Assembly (NCBI RefSeq): GCF_006345805.1
Contig: NW_021832104.1
Location: 1 to 33,103 of the forward strand
Length of the DNA stretch: 33,103 bases
From: Octopus sinensis
Lineage: Eukaryota
Direction of reading: 5' to 3'
The position numbers were made by a program, and so were the translations under genes. Numbering within the stretch: position 1 is the stretch's first letter; the number at the start of each line of letters is the position of its first letter. The notes under the pieces are model-generated. The model did not search any database, had not been told where the DNA came from, and saw only the letters and a list, made by a program, of their open reading frames with translations. This document shows positions 10,891-22,541 of the stretch, piece by piece.

Positions 10891-12794
10891 ACCATTGTTG
10901 CTGCTGTTGTTTATGATAGACCTCATTGAGCAGATATTTAATAAACGGCATGACAGATGTTCCTATCCTGTCTATTTTTCAAATATAGCGTATTTAGACC
11001 TATATTACTCATCATTTGTTTCTATTTTCATAACGGTAATTAGAGATTTTGCTGTTATCTCCAGCAAGCCTAACAACTTCGCAGACAGTCTTTTGTTAAT
11101 GACTTTATTCATGGAAACAAAGTTTACAATTTGTAGATGAAAGATGTAATCAATAATCTTGTAAACTCCACTCGTTCTTGTCATGTTGATCCTGGAGGGA
11201 TGAAAGAATAAGTCGATTCTGCTGAGACTTGAAATCAAAGCATAATAAAGTAATTAAATACCACGAGTAGTTGTTTAGCCCCAGGTCGACACTGACCGAG
11301 CGGTTATACGATTAATGACATTCCTATCTACATCCTTCCTCTCAAACTAGTGGGTTTCTCTCATGAAAATTCTATGCAAGTAGCATTGTGTTGTATGAAA
11401 TACATTTTCTAATAGAAATTTTCAGAATCAGTTTGATTGTTGCAAAAGCTTATTTTCTATTTTAGCTCTGCCTATTCCCTTGAAATTGGTAAACATGAAC
11501 TAAATATATGAATAAAGTTTTATAATTGATTATCATTGTTAAATGAAAGAAACGTGAAATGACTAAATGAAAGATTATATTCATTGCTGAAATCCCTGTG
11601 CTTCTCTTTTCATCTCTAGAAATCTGTTGGCTGAATAATGTAAAAGAAAGGCGTTTCAAATGACAGCCATTTTGAAATGGTGAAACTATTGGCTATAGAA
11701 TGATATCGGTGAAGGATAAAGTGGAAGAAAAACACTGAACAATCAAGATAATTTCCAGCCATTCACTTTACAATTTCGGCACATAAAGCAATATGATGAA
11801 ATATTTTAGTCGTGTAATTAGTAAAGAAGTTTGCTACATTTTCGAACAATGACGCGGAGTTATTGGATTCTAAGCGGAACAGAAATGTTTTGTATTTCTT
11901 AACTAATAATTCTAACGAATGCGTTTCAAGTGTAATATTTCCTTAAAAATTCTATGTAATTTTAGCATTATCCCGCTTTTAAATATCCATTTATTAACCG
12001 AAAGAATGTACAAAATGAATGTTTAAATTTGTAACGAATTCCTTAAAATCAATCAATCATTTTATTCAGCTACATGAAAAAGGAAATAGAATGACAAGAC
12101 CAGCGACAAATTAAGAGGCACTTATGCGATAGTTTAAGAAATTTCAGAGTCTAAAAATCTGATTCATATAATTGCAAGCAATTATTACAAATTGATAAAT
12201 GCAAATTATACTTCAGTTTTTTTTATATTCTTTAATTAAGCTCTGTTAAGCAAGTATTAATGTAGATCGTTTTATAATGTAACTTTTGCAGAAAGAGAAA
12301 AAAAACATTCGTTGACATGTGTCAATTCAACTCATTTATCTGGAAACTATCGATGGAAATGGATTGGCAATACTATTAATATTACCTATGTTAATATATA
12401 TTAATATAACTCGTGAAATATTACTGTAGTCGTTTGGATGGATTGTCACTTGAACAACTCTGCGAAAGTAACACACGTTCGTATCGTACCATCAGCTATT
12501 TGTTGTTGTTTGTTGCTATTTCTATTTCTGTAATTGTTGTTTAGCACCAGGGTGGTTGTGGTTGATCAAACTCATGTTCTGAAATATTCCATTCATCAAT
12601 CACGCATCATTTTGTATGTCCTTCTTTTATTTAAAAAAGGAAGATAAAGATTTGAGTATATGTTGGTTGCTATTTCTTGCAAGTTGACAGAATACGTAAA
12701 GACTCCTATACTTTGTTAAGATATTCAGCTCTGATTTCCATTTACTTCAGTTTAATTCTGTTGCTGACTGAACATACATATCACGTGGTACAGA

Positions 12795-13315
12795 AGGTTT
12801 TGTCCCATTAGAATTTGAGCGCGTTGAATCTTCATTTTATTTATTTTACTTTTTTGTAAAATCTATAAATATCGTTGGCATCCATTGATGCATAATCACA
12901 TCATGAAGAGTTCCCGCGGAGGCAAGAACCATATTCTACAATGGTCACATTCCATATGAAGAACTATTCATGAACCAAGCAAAGAGCATATTCGTCACAT
13001 TAAGCTTTACGAGTTTTATTGATGTTACAATACAAACGAAGCAGCAAAAATGTTCAAAGGGCTTCTGGCCAACACGTTGTAAATGAAGAAAAACGTTGCA
13101 GAGAGGCTCATGAAACAATTCTAGTTTTTTTCTTTTTTAAATGAGCTCCAGAGTGAAACATCCTTCATAATTGAATGAAGAGCTGCTAGAAGCAACACTT
13201 GCATCGAATCCTGCTGTGATAATGACAGGGCTTTCATCTGAATTTAATGTTAGTATTATGGATATTCATAATCATATGGAGAAGCAAGCAAACGTTTCAT
13301 AGTTTGAGAAACTGA
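12795..13315 (+). pseudogene. mariner-type transposase relic (N-terminal HTH region only)
   Basis: From ATG at 12970, with frameshifts: MNQ(A)KEHIRHIKLYEFY*CYNTNEAAK / NVQRASGQHVVNEENV / LNEELLEATLASNPAVIMTGLSSEFNVSIMDIHNHMEK. This parallels mariner KEHIRHxLLYEF...L..LVE.NP..T..ELA..LNVS...I..HL. No DDD region was found. Confidence 0.65.
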
Positions 13316-13463
13316 AGTTGAGAAAAGGATTCTTTGCAGATATTTTAAGCGTTACAGACAGCTGCTCAACCCCAATCTAATACCCAGTGTTTCATTCACG
13401 AGGAAAACTCCATTCAAAGAACAATTTATACAGTGTTTAGTGGGATACTTCCCACATGTTATT

Positions 13464-13525
13464 CTTTATCTTTTACTTGTTTCAGTCAATTGAGTGCCGC
13501 CATTCTGGGCAGCGCCTTGGAGGGT
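13464..13525 (-). mobile_element. SINE family B tail fragment
   Basis: TCTTTTACTTGTTTCAGTCAATTGAGTGCCGCCATTCTGGGCAGCGCCTT is the reverse complement of the B tail. Confidence 0.75.
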
Positions 13526-13739
13526 TTTTTAAAAAATATATATATTTCCGGAAATATAAAGAATTCTTCATTAGAAAGTAAAAACCACTACAGAACAGAA
13601 AAAAAATGATATTCCACCCCTCTTCGTTTTAAAAAAGGATGCATATATCCAAATAGAAGTGGATGACACCCACACTTTCAGTCATTCGATCGTTGAATGA
13701 TTGCACTGTCCTTAGATTGGCACCCAAATACTGAAACGT

Positions 13740-13930
13740 TCGTATTAGAGCTTCCGGCGTGAACGCTGAGCAGTACATGTCGTTTCCAGATTTCTGGCAG
13801 GCAGAACTGCGTCATAGTGCTGTTTTTCTCACAGACGGCGCTCAGCTGACCTTACCATACTCTGTAGTCGACAAATTCAAAAACAAGTAATGCGCATGCA
13901 CGAAATTAAAAATATAAAATGGCGACTATT
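13740..13930. promoter_or_regulatory. CpG-enriched, promoter-like or exon-containing unique segment
   Basis: CTTCCGG (ETS-like) 13751-13757, TGCGCATGCAC (NRF1-like) 13891-13901, AAAATGGCG (YY1-like) ~13916-13924. Splice-like signals occur on both strands. Confidence 0.35.
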
Positions 13931-14100
13931 AACCTATCGCACTCCGTATATATAAACTTAGATAAACTTAGATATGTTTCGACCAAAGATTGGTCCAGGC
14001 CATGTCTAACTTAATAGCACCACCTGATAGGATTATTTGAATCCTGTTTAAGTCAAGTTTTGTTTATGGTCCATTCAAGTAGTGAGTTTTTGTTGGGTGA

Positions 14101-14285
14101 TATATAGTTCAAATTTACAAACAAAAACAAAATACGAAGACAGGTGTAGGAACAATTAACAGGTGTGTTAGTTTAACGCCCAGGAAAAATGTAAAAGTCT
14201 TTTGCGTTTTGAGCCTACTCTCTTCGACAGAAAGGAATAAGAGGGAAAAATGGAGAGTGAACGAAAATCACGGAGAGAGAAAAGC
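14101..14285 (-). mobile_element. Penelope-like-element terminal fragment with degenerate hammerhead-like motif (14198-14235)
   Basis: Reverse complement CCTTTCTGTCGAAGAGAGTAGGCTCAAAACGCAAAAGAC; the downstream ~90 nt is homologous to 19750-19838. Confidence 0.6.
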
Positions 14286-14320
14286 TGTCTAGAGTTCATG
14301 GGTACAAGACAACTTCAAAA

Positions 14321-14640
14321 TGGCACTCTGTCGGTTACGACGAGGTGGGTTCCTGTTGATCTGATCAGCAGAACACACCCTGCGCGTGAATTAACGTGCA
14401 TGTGGCGGAGCATTCCACAGACACGCATACCTTTAAGGCAGTTCTCAGAGAGATTCAGCGTGACACAGAGTTGGACAAGGTTGACCATTTGAAATACAGG
14501 TACAACCCATTTTTGTTGAGTGGACTGGAGCAACGTGAAATAAAGTGTCGTGCTCAAGGACACAACACGGTCTCCGGAAACCGAACTCAAGACAGCACGA
14601 TCCAGAGTCAAACACCCTAACCACAAAGCTAGTGCCTTCA
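14321..14640 (-). mobile_element. tRNA-head SINE combining the family-D core with the family-C tail
   Basis: Head TGTGGTTAGGGTGTTTGACTC..GAGTTCGGTTTCC, core GACACTTTATTTCACGTTGCTCCAGTCCACTCA, tail GTTGTACCTGTATTTCAAA...GTAACCGACAGAGTGCCA matching 28342-28524. Confidence 0.85.
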
Positions 14641-14724
14641 CATACACACACACTAGCAACACAAACACACACATATGTATACGTATGGGTTTGTGCGTGT
14701 ATGTGCGTGTGTGTGTATGTGTGT

Positions 14725-14790
<66 letters not shown>

Positions 14791-14815
14791 TGTGTGTGTG
14801 TGCGTGTGTGTATGT
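14641..14815. repeat. (CA)/(TG) microsatellite
   Basis: Direct reading. Confidence 0.9.
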
Positions 14816-15282
14816 CTTTTATTTTGCAAATTACGCACTAATGGAGAAAGAGCCAGTTTCTAACCTGGAAATAAGATACATTCAGAGTAATTTAACATTA
14901 TTCAGGGTAGTCTGCTATGTATGCATGTATGTATGCATATAGTTATGTGCACATGTATGCATGTACACATGTGTTCATATACAAATGTATATGTACAGCA
15001 ACACACAGACATGGACTGCATTGCATGGAGAATCTTGTTACATGCTGTGTTTATAAATCTTTTACATATTTTGACAGTACCATTGATCGATAGCTTCTAG
15101 CTGTAATCTTCTGATTAGGTGTCATTAAATATTCAGATTTTAAAATTCCGTAGTCTTTGACGTTTGAAAAGATGTACTATTCAGCACAAAATTTCGGTTA
15201 CAAATTGCAAATGTGTGTCACTAAGTCGAATTTAAAATTAAAGAAAGTAGGCATTAAATGCAGTATCAAAACCTTGTTTCAG

Positions 15283-15388
15283 GGCAAGTCCCATGTAGTG
15301 TCTGCAGAGAACGTTCACCACTTATGGCTACCAGGCGTCATCAACGATACTATGCGTTTGTCTTTGGATCTACGTCTGGAATTCCAAG
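15283..15388 (+). CDS. Putative internal exon A of an unidentified gene (GKSHVVSAENVHHLWLPGVINDTMRLSLDLRLEFQ)
   Basis: Acceptor CCTTGTTTCAG|G, donor AAG|GTATAC, GC above background, open frame. Confidence 0.4.
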
Positions 15389-15452
15389 GTATACGTAGGG
15401 TATATTTGAAAAGATTAATACAGTGTGTAACTAGAAGCATTTATTAGCACAG

Positions 15453-15552
15453 CAATCCTGTCGGCTTCGTATTGCACTGCTCCCCAGTGGGCGTGGAACG
15501 TTGTAATAACACCAGATGCCATGCACAGTGCAAAAGAGCCTCTTCAGGTTAT
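15453..15552 (+). CDS. Putative exon B (AILSASYCTAPQWAWNVVITPDAMHSAKEPLQV)
   Basis: Follows a 64-nt AT-rich GT..AG interval, is phase-compatible with exon A, donor TAT|GTAAGC. Confidence 0.4.
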
Positions 15553-15701
15553 GTAAGCTGCTTCACGAGAAAATGAAGAGGGTTTGGTAAGAGAAGAAAA
15601 TAAAAGTATTAAAACACAAAGCTTCTAACATGAATCGGGTGGGGTTGCTAATATTTGTGGTCAAGAAATTATTGCTAAAAAATAAAAATATTAAGAATTT
15701 A

Positions 15702-16083
15702 GGCGCAGGAGTGGCTGTGAGGTAAGTAGTTTGCTTACCAACCACATGGTTCCAGGTTCCGTCCCACTCCGTGGCACCTTGGGTAAGTGTCTTCTACTAC
15801 AGCCTCAGGCCGACCAAAGCCTCGTGAGTGGATTTGGTAGACGAAAACTGAAAGAATCCCGTCGTGTGTGTGTGTGTTTACATGTCTGTGTTTGTCCCAC
15901 CAACATCGCTTGACAACCGATGCTGGTGTGTTTGCGTCCCCGTCACTTAGCAGTTCGGCAAGATAGACCGATAGAATAAGTACTAGGCTTACAAATAATA
16001 ATTCCTAGAGTCGATTTGCTTGACTAAAGGCGGTGCTTCAGCATGGCCGCAGTCAAATGACCGAAACAAATAAAAGAAGAAAG
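15702..16083 (+). mobile_element. SINE family B, full length, with target-site duplication
   Basis: tRNA-like head GGCGCAGGAGTGGCTGTGAGGTAAG..GGTTCCGTCCC, internal (TG)n, A-rich tail; TSD AAGAATTTA at 15693-15701 and 16084-16092. Confidence 0.93.
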
Positions 16084-16169
16084 AAGAATTTAAAGTATAT
16101 GGAGGCCATTAGATGGAAAGGCTCAGCATGTGTAAGCCTTTGATGTCTGGTGGTTAGGGCAGTCAAGCA

Positions 16170-16325
16170 CAACACCATGTGATCAACTAGTACTTATTTT
16201 ATTGACCTCTAAACAATGAAAGGCAAAGTCGATCTTTGTGGAATTTGAATTCAGAACGTAAAGACGGACGAGATGTCTTTAAGTATTTTGTTCGGAGTTC
16301 TAAAGATCCTGCCAGCTTACCATCT
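16170..16325 (-). mobile_element. Degenerate SINE family A
   Basis: ATGAAAGGCAAAGTCGATC..GGAATTTGAATTCAGAACGTAAAGACGGACG. Confidence 0.75.
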
Positions 16326-16392
16326 TATTCCCACTTATTATTGACAAAGCAACATAGCTTTGCATCGCTATAATTTTTCAATGCTCTCTGTA

Positions 16393-16610
16393 CTCTTTAC
16401 TCTTTTACTTGTTTCAGTCATTTGACTGCGGCCATGCTGAAGCACCGCCTTTAATCGAGCAAATCGACCCCAGGACTTATTCTTTTGAAAGCCCAGTACT
16501 TATTCTATCGGTCTCTTTTGCCGAACCGCTAAGTAACGGGGACATAAACACACCAGCATCGGGTGTCAAGCAATGCTAGGGGGACAAACACAGACACACA
16601 AACACACACA

Positions 16611-16655
<45 letters not shown>

Positions 16656-16813
16656 GTTTCTTTCAGTTTCCGTCTACCAAATCCACTCACAAGGCTTTGA
16701 TCGGCCCGAGGCTATAGTAGAAGACACTTGCCCAAGGTGCCACGCAGTGGGACTGAACCCGGAACCATGTGGTTGGTAAAGAAGTTACTTACCACACAGC
16801 CACTCCTGCGCCT
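16393..16813 (-). mobile_element. SINE family B, full length
   Basis: Reverse complement of the 15702-16083 family from tail to head; the internal (CA)(TA) microsatellite is expanded. Confidence 0.93.
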
Positions 16814-16961
16814 TGAACAAATTTTAAAACAAATTTTGAACAATGCTGTTGAACAAATTTTAAAAGTTTAAAAATCATCTTGATTTTATTACACATAGCA
16901 ATTTATCAAGCTAACTTTCCAATCTCTACATGTCCACCTTCTATGAGAAATTTTAATCTAG

Positions 16962-16999
16962 GATAACCCGGTGTCTAGACGCGCTTTGTCCTAGATATG
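16962..16999 (+). CDS. Putative exon C (M-ITRCLDALCPRY)
   Basis: Acceptor TTTTAATCTAG|G, donor ATG|GTGAGG, phase-compatible with exon B. Alternatively a terminal exon reading to TAG ~17030 with AATAAA ~17103. Confidence 0.35.
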
Positions 17000-17218
17000 G
17001 TGAGGGCGGTATTCCGTTGACGACGAACTAGCGACGGATATACAGATTATATGTAAAACATATTGTTAGCATGGACACACCTTCCTGGTTAGTACCAGTA
17101 CAAATAAAAAAAAATAAAAAATAACATTTGAAACTTTAAAGAGTTCGTTACAAAAATTACGCTGAATTTGTGATTTATGTAGGTGTTAGAACAATATATC
17201 TTTCACTCTCTCCCCTTC

Positions 17219-17266
<48 letters not shown>

Positions 17267-17884
17267 TTTTCTCTCTATCTATCTACCTAACTTTTCCTTG
17301 TCTCGAACCAAAACAACAACATGAATATTGTTCTTCTTTGAGAAGAAAACAAAATGATTGAAAACAGTTTCAATACTTTCATAGAAGAGAAATTGTTGTT
17401 TTTATATTGTTTGTGTTGTCACTATAGTTGTTCTTGTTCTTGTTGTAACAGTAGTTGTTATTGCTGTTGTAGTAACTGTTAAACATCTTTATAAATAGGA
17501 AATTGCTTCATATATGGAAATGTAAATTGTTCGGTAACTTTTTTTTGTTACTTATATACTTTTCTTTTGTGTTTTTTCTTTATCTCTTAAATGCATCTTT
17601 AGGTTCTTCGTTTCTTTGTTTATGTCCAACAACAATTCGATATTACGGAGTTCGGGTTAAAAATCTACATATTGACCCCACACCCACCTACTTATCGTGA
17701 TTTCTCCTCCGACCCTTTTAATCAGAGAATTGCTGCAATTCTTTTATTGTATATATATATGTTTTCTTGTTTGTTTATTCCTTTTTTTTTCTTTGGTTTC
17801 ATTTGAAAAACTTTTTCCGCTTAAAAAGTGTGTACATACACCTACACACGTGCGTGTGTGTTTATAAGTGTGTGTGTATGTACT

Positions 17885-18170
17885 TTTATACATACATACA
17901 TACATACATACATACATTCATGCATACATACATTCATACATACATACATACATACATACATACATACATACATACATACATACATACATACATACATCAT
18001 ACATACATACATACATACATACATACATACATACATACATACATACATACATGCATACATACATGCATACATACATATAAACATACATACATACATGCAT
18101 ACTTACATACATACATACATACATGTATCAGCACATATGCAGACATAGATATATACGTATATATATACGT
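17885..18170. repeat. (TACA)n microsatellite
   Basis: Direct reading. Confidence 0.95.
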
Positions 18171-19339
18171 AGATACAATACAAAAAAGAGCGCATCTATC
18201 GTTTCATTTGTTTCTCTTTTTTTCCTTTCCATTTTGTTTTGCTTACGTCCTGTCCGGGTCTTAAGAGTTCACTCCCCTATACATGTCCTAAAAAATTTAC
18301 AAATAGATTAAATAGATACCACAAAATTGAAATATTCTAATCGATTTTCAAAGCAAATCAACAAACGTTACGATTAATCTCTAATTTTAGTTTTCAATTT
18401 TTTATTTCATTTTCTTTTTTATCTTGTAATTCTGTTAGTGTTTTTTTTTTTTTTTGGTTTTGCAGTTTTGTGTTTCTTTAGGTTTTTTTATTATTTTTTC
18501 TTTGTTTTGTTTTGTTTTGGGGATTTTTGGTTTTAATTTTTTTATATATTTTTTTTCTTTCATATTGTATAGAATTTAGGTAAATTATAGGAAACAAAAA
18601 CTTTTATCGTTGACTTGTTAAGCGACTTCAATTAATGTGAGATTTATCTGAGACTATTGTTGTATTCTTTTTATCTTCTGTTGGCGGCAGAGTTTGCAAT
18701 GATTGATGGTAGGAGATTAATATTTCACACAGTAAATGGCAAAAGTGAGACTAACAACATAGGAGAGAAGATGGCAAACAATACAAAACAATAATGACGG
18801 TTTTATTACAATGGGACAAGAATTAAAGAAAGAGTGAGATAGCGGTGAGAACTAATGGGAATCGGCTGTGTTAATGCTTTTCCAAAGGCCATTATTGTGA
18901 GTGCAGCAATTTCTATTGGTTGGGTGTAATTACTTAGCTCTATATCTGGCTTCTAAATCATTTCCAGGGACACTAACTCAGATTATTACGGCAATTTTCA
19001 ACTTCCTTTTGTGTTCTTTCTCGTTTAAGAGAACGCCAGACCTATAACGTTGGTGCGTTGGTGGAAAACAATGGCGGGCTGAATTTACATAGCATGCATA
19101 TTTACTCACATATTTGTGTAGGTTACGAGTTCTAATCTTCACAGATTTGGATATACCTTTCCCGCCTCGTTAAATTTGTCCAGCTAAAACACTAAATTTA
19201 CCGTTATAATACCATTTTTCTTGGATATGACAATGTGTTTACTGATATTTGAAATTAATTTTGGGTTAATAGAATTGCCGTAGAATCGGTGTAATTTTTC
19301 TTTTTTTTTTTAGGTTTTATTCCAAAATATATATTTTTG

Positions 19340-19480
19340 AGGTGCAAACATAGCTTATGGTTAAAAAACTCACTTAGCAGCCACGTGGTTTCGGGTTCAG
19401 TCCTATTGCGCATGTGCCTTCAGCTATAATCCCGAGCTGGCCAATGCTTTAAGAGTATATTTGGTAGACGGAAATGCTAT
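19340..19480 (+). mobile_element. Degenerate SINE family B 5' part
   Basis: CCACGTGGTTTCGGGTTCAGTCCTATTGCG...ATTTGGTAGACGGAAA. Confidence 0.65.
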
Positions 19481-19669
19481 CGTGCTAAATTGCCGTATGT
19501 CCAAATTTGGCGAAATGCGTTTTTTCAATATTCATTTTTGCTTGCAATAGCCGATTATTTTGGTCACACTATCGTATCTTCAGCTGCTTTAGACGCCAAG
19601 ATATCAAAAATTATCAAAGTATAGTACAACGTTCTATACGCCATAGTAGACCATTAGCTCCTACACGCA

Positions 19670-19838
19670 TTTTTTTCTCTCCTTGTTTCTCTCCTTGTTT
19701 TTTTCTGTGTATCTTTCTGTCGAAGAGCGTAGGCTCGAAACGTAAAAGACTTTTTCTATTTCTATTCCTGAGCGCTATTCTAATTCATTTGTTTGTTTGT
19801 ACTCCATCTGCCTTCGTCTTTTGTTTATTTTCGTAAAC
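19670..19838 (+). mobile_element. Penelope-like-element terminal fragment ending in (TA)n
   Basis: Homologous to the reverse complement of 14101-14285 and carries the intact hammerhead-like motif. Confidence 0.6.
19712..19749 (+). ncRNA. Minimal type-I hammerhead-ribozyme-like motif with atypical core
   Basis: Helix I TCTTT(19712-16)/AAAGA(19745-49); core CTGTCGA+A; helix II GAGC-gtag-GCTC; GAAA; loop-less palindromic helix III AC/GT; putative GUA cleavage triplet ending at 19744. Confidence 0.55.
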
Positions 19839-19850
19839 TTTCCCGTTATA

Positions 19851-19898
<48 letters not shown>

Positions 19899-20639
19899 AT
19901 ATCTATATATATATATATATATATATATAAGTCTTGGATCTGTATATATATCCGAGATTGTAAGGAATGGAACAGGTAAAATACGGACTACGTTTCAAAG
20001 CTAAAGCAATATGTGTTATATAAGCTGTAACACGGGCGGAGCCAGTTAAGCTTAGCTACTCTTCGGGTCCTGTTGTCTACATAAGTTTTTTACATTTTCG
20101 CGTGGAGAGGAAGAAATGAATTATGAAACCAGCCATAGAATTAATGCTAAGTTAAAAACAGAAAAAAAAAGAAAAGAAACAAATCAACATCAAATGAGCA
20201 ACGAAAGTAGCTGTTAGTGGGTAGGTCGCCCTGAAAGGGACCGAGATGGGTGCATTTATAGAAGCCATTAACTAAAAGCAGAAGACTGCAAAATAAGGGA
20301 GTATAAGAGGTAGGGAGGACTAGCAATAAAATTTCTGCAGTGTATTCCAATAATCTATCGAAGTTTGCTGTCTGGAATTTTTACTCTATCAGTCTCTTAC
20401 GATCTCCATGACGCCTAAATGTAATGATAGGTTTCGGTGGTGGGAGGGTAGCGTTAAGCCAATGTGTTAGATCTAATAATACTTGTTAGAAAATCTTCGC
20501 TGCACAAAAATTTCATCCGTCTTCCCGCTTTTTCCCAATCAATGTGAGGCTGTTATCTAAGCAAGCAATCATCACGTGAAGCTTCTTCATTTAATCGTTT
20601 TGTTGGCTTACTACGCATAATGAATTATGTATCTGTACG

Positions 20640-20683
20640 TACACGCGTACATACATACATACATACATACATACATACATACA

Positions 20684-20717
<34 letters not shown>

Positions 20718-21106
20718 CACACATACATACATACATACATACATATATACACACATACATATATACATACATACATACATACATACACACACACACATAT
20801 ATATACATACATACATACATACGTACGTACGTACGTATGTTCATGCACACATACATACATTCATACATACATACATACATACATACATACATACACACAT
20901 ACATACATACATACATACATACATACATACATACATACATACATACACATACATACATACATACATACATACATACATACATACACACATACATACATAC
21001 ATACACACACACATACATACATACATACATACACACACACATACATACATACATACATACATACATACATACATACATACACACACACATACATACATAC
21101 ATACAT

Positions 21107-21137
<31 letters not shown>

Positions 21138-21295
21138 TACATACATACATACATACATACATACATACATACATACATACATACATACATACATACATAC
21201 ACACACACTACATACATACATACATACATACATACATACATACATACATACATACATACATACATACATACATACATACATACATACATACAGAT
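20640..21295. repeat. ~650-bp (TACA)n array with interspersed (CA) variants
   Basis: Direct reading. Confidence 0.95.
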
Positions 21296-22541
21296 ATACA
21301 AAGAGTGTATATAGATCGTTCCGTGCGTACGTGCGTGCATACGTATGTATCACTTCAGAATATATTTATAAGTTTGATCGTTTTTACTTAGGATTTTCAA
21401 TATCTCCTCATAAAGTCCTCCATGCATGGAATGGAACAGTAAGCTTCCTATAGTCATTAGTCTCACATTTCGAGATTCTCACGATCTGAATTTCGATACA
21501 TAGACAAATGTTAAAGGCGTGTGTCCGCGAGTTTTGCAGTAACTGGTTTCGGGAATGATTTTTGCAACTGATAAGATCCCCAACGCCGGACTTAACGCTG
21601 AACCCGTGGACAAAGCGCCATCAAAACCCTTAATTTTTAAAATTAGCTTATGAAAGACAGGAAACGTCAGGTTAATAGATTTATGAAAATTATTGTTCCT
21701 AATCAAGCAGAAAGAACTAATAAACATCAAAAATTGTAAAATATATCAAACTAGAACATAGTCGTGCTTTTAGCATAAAGTTATTGAGATAAATGTAGTT
21801 CGTTAATCACACATATGCACACGCAAATGCATGTACACACGTACATATATATACATATGCATACACTTGCACACACACACACACACACACACACAACATA
21901 CACACATATATGCGTGTCTTCTAGACGGTTTTTGCTTACCTATTATGTTCACTCATACGGCATAGGTCAACATGGGGTAATAAGAGAAGAGACACTAATG
22001 CAAGGTTTTATCTGCTCTGTATAGTTTATAGGTTTACATTTTCCTTCCATTTGACGCAAAAATGCATGAATTTTTAGTTTCTAAAATAAGTTTAGTCACT
22101 AGTTTTGACACGAACTTGTATAGCAAATTCAACTGATTTTAGCATTCATGCCAAAGTTGGTTGAAATTTTTATGTTATTTGTGCAGTGAGAGATTCTTGG
22201 AAATAGCTGACACATAAATACACAAGATTTTTAGTTCCTGAAACAAAGAAAAATACAAATTTGACAAATACTTTTGACGACGTCTTCCATTGCAGATAAG
22301 ACTACTTTTGTCATGTTGTGTTTTAGATATAAAGATCCTGGATTCGTGGAAATATTCACGAAACACAAAAGTGCACACGTTCTTAGTATCTAAAGCACGA
22401 AATTAATCTGGTGAGGCATTTTAGCTGCTTCAACATATTTCAATTTTCAGTTGAAAGAAATATATAAAAAAAAAAGAAGAAAAAAACACTAAACTTAAGC
22501 TGTATATATTGCATTAAAGCTCTGATCATTGACATTTACAG

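Noticed and set aside
12292-12480. Candidate exons after TTTTGCAG (12291) and on the minus strand (MSCSSDNPSKRL reading)
   Set aside because: No usable donor, or the next exon gives an immediate stop
15440-15547. Minus-strand peptide EEALLHCAWHLVLLQRST, reminiscent of the ATG101 N-terminus
   Set aside because: The similarity stops after ~18 residues, the frame is bounded by stops, and the splice signals are poor on that strand
21500-21640. Minus-strand candidate exon GFDGALSTGSALSPALGILSVAKIIPETSYCKTRGHTP
   Set aside because: Acceptor and donor are weak and it could not be linked in phase to another well-supported exon; left unannotated
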